Shown piece after piece: positions 63,041-64,000 of a stretch of DNA of 64,000 nucleotides. Positions within the stretch are counted from its first letter, which is position 1; each line of letters begins with the position of its first letter. A program made the translations under genes and the position numbers. Origin of the DNA: Raillietiella orientalis (lineage: Eukaryota); assembly GCA_036172245.1 (NCBI GenBank), contig JAYWIR010000037.1, positions 1,364,001-1,428,000 on the forward strand, written 5' to 3'. Under the pieces are notes generated by a model. The model did not search any database, was not told where the DNA came from, and was given only the letters and a program-made list of their open reading frames with translations.

Positions 63041-64000
63041 GTGATGGTGATGGTCCACCGCTTCTGCAAGGACCTCAGGCAAAGGGCGTTCTATATGATC
63101 CGCATTGCATACCTCTGTTTGCTAAGGTCGGTCGAGAAGGATGCCGAAGGCATCCTTCTCCTTCAGGAAGAGAGAAGATGAATGAGTGCGTTCGGGAGGT
63201 GGGATCCAACTCCGACCGAGAAAGTCCCACTCGCCTCTTCTTCCGTCTCCTGGTTCCCTACTTGCAGGGTTGTTTGTTTAGGACCCAGTAATTCCCTGTG
63301 CAATCCTTTAAAGAAAGGACCTTCGCCATTTCTTGGAGTCAAAGTACCGGACGACAGCCTCCCCGGCACTCCGGGACCTCGGCTTCGGGAGCGGGATTGT
63401 TCCTTTCGCTGATTCAGGATGGGTCAAGGAGAGGACCCTCCTGAAAATGCACGCAAGACGGGAATGGGACATTGGGATTTTCCAGTGGGGAAAGGACTTT
63501 CCGATGCGCGCGCTGTTGCTGCCCTTGAAAATGTCAGCTCCGGGAGCAGCCGCGTGGTTTTGCAGGAAAGTGGAGGGCTCGTCGAAGGACCTACTGGCCT
63601 GGTGGAAGTGATGAGGCTTCTAATGATGTGATCTTCCACATTTTCCGAGAGTCCTTTGCTCTGGGGAGCATCTGGATCATTTGTATCCGTTAGCATCCGG
63701 TTTTCTTGTTGAGTCCGCGCTGACAGTCGTGTGACTGAGGCTGCCACGCGCAGCACAGAACGTTGTGGTTTCGAAATCCCACCCTCCCTTCACCCTGAAA
63801 AATCGCCGCCAAGAATGGGGGGTGCGTCGTCAGTCCTAAGTTCACTCCACCCACCCACCTCTACCTGGCAGGATGGATCCCGTTGGCTCTGAATGCGGCA
63901 CCTCCTGAACTCCCCCTTGATTGGTCAGAATCGAAAATCCTGGTCCTTCCAGGAATCACGGAGCCAGTTTCCTCTGCCTGTACAAATCGAGCCTTCCTGT

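Noticed and set aside
1..64000. Most of the short ORFs in the supplied track; any CRISPR array, operon or rRNA
   Set aside because: The sequence is intron-containing eukaryotic DNA. The ORFs overlap on both strands without recognisable domains, and no repeat-spacer array or rRNA-like sequence was seen.

Overview
Eukaryotic, arthropod-like genomic DNA, mostly non-coding and full of decayed transposon relics; almost all ORFs in the supplied track are spurious. The one well-supported host gene is a + strand, multi-exon Sidestep (Side)-family immunoglobulin-superfamily gene. Ten exons between 38987 and 61501 splice in frame by hand (1848 nt, about 616 codons) into 5 Ig domains plus 1 FN3 domain. 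Its signal-peptide and transmembrane/cytoplasmic exons were not identified. It uses a non-canonical GC 5' splice site and has three 47-53 nt micro-introns. Recognisable mobile relics: an L1/Tx1-type LINE whose RT half is inverted relative to its 3' end (1-1812), a NeSL/Utopia-like restriction-like-endonuclease LINE 3' fragment inside a Side intron (about 46072-47015), Ty3/Gypsy pol and integrase relics, a possible BEL/Pao relic, and three degenerate THAP-domain relics on the - strand. A perfect 16-bp hairpin lies at 63005-63040. I found no convincing intact novel multi-gene system. All family assignments come from manual translation and remembered motifs, not database searches.
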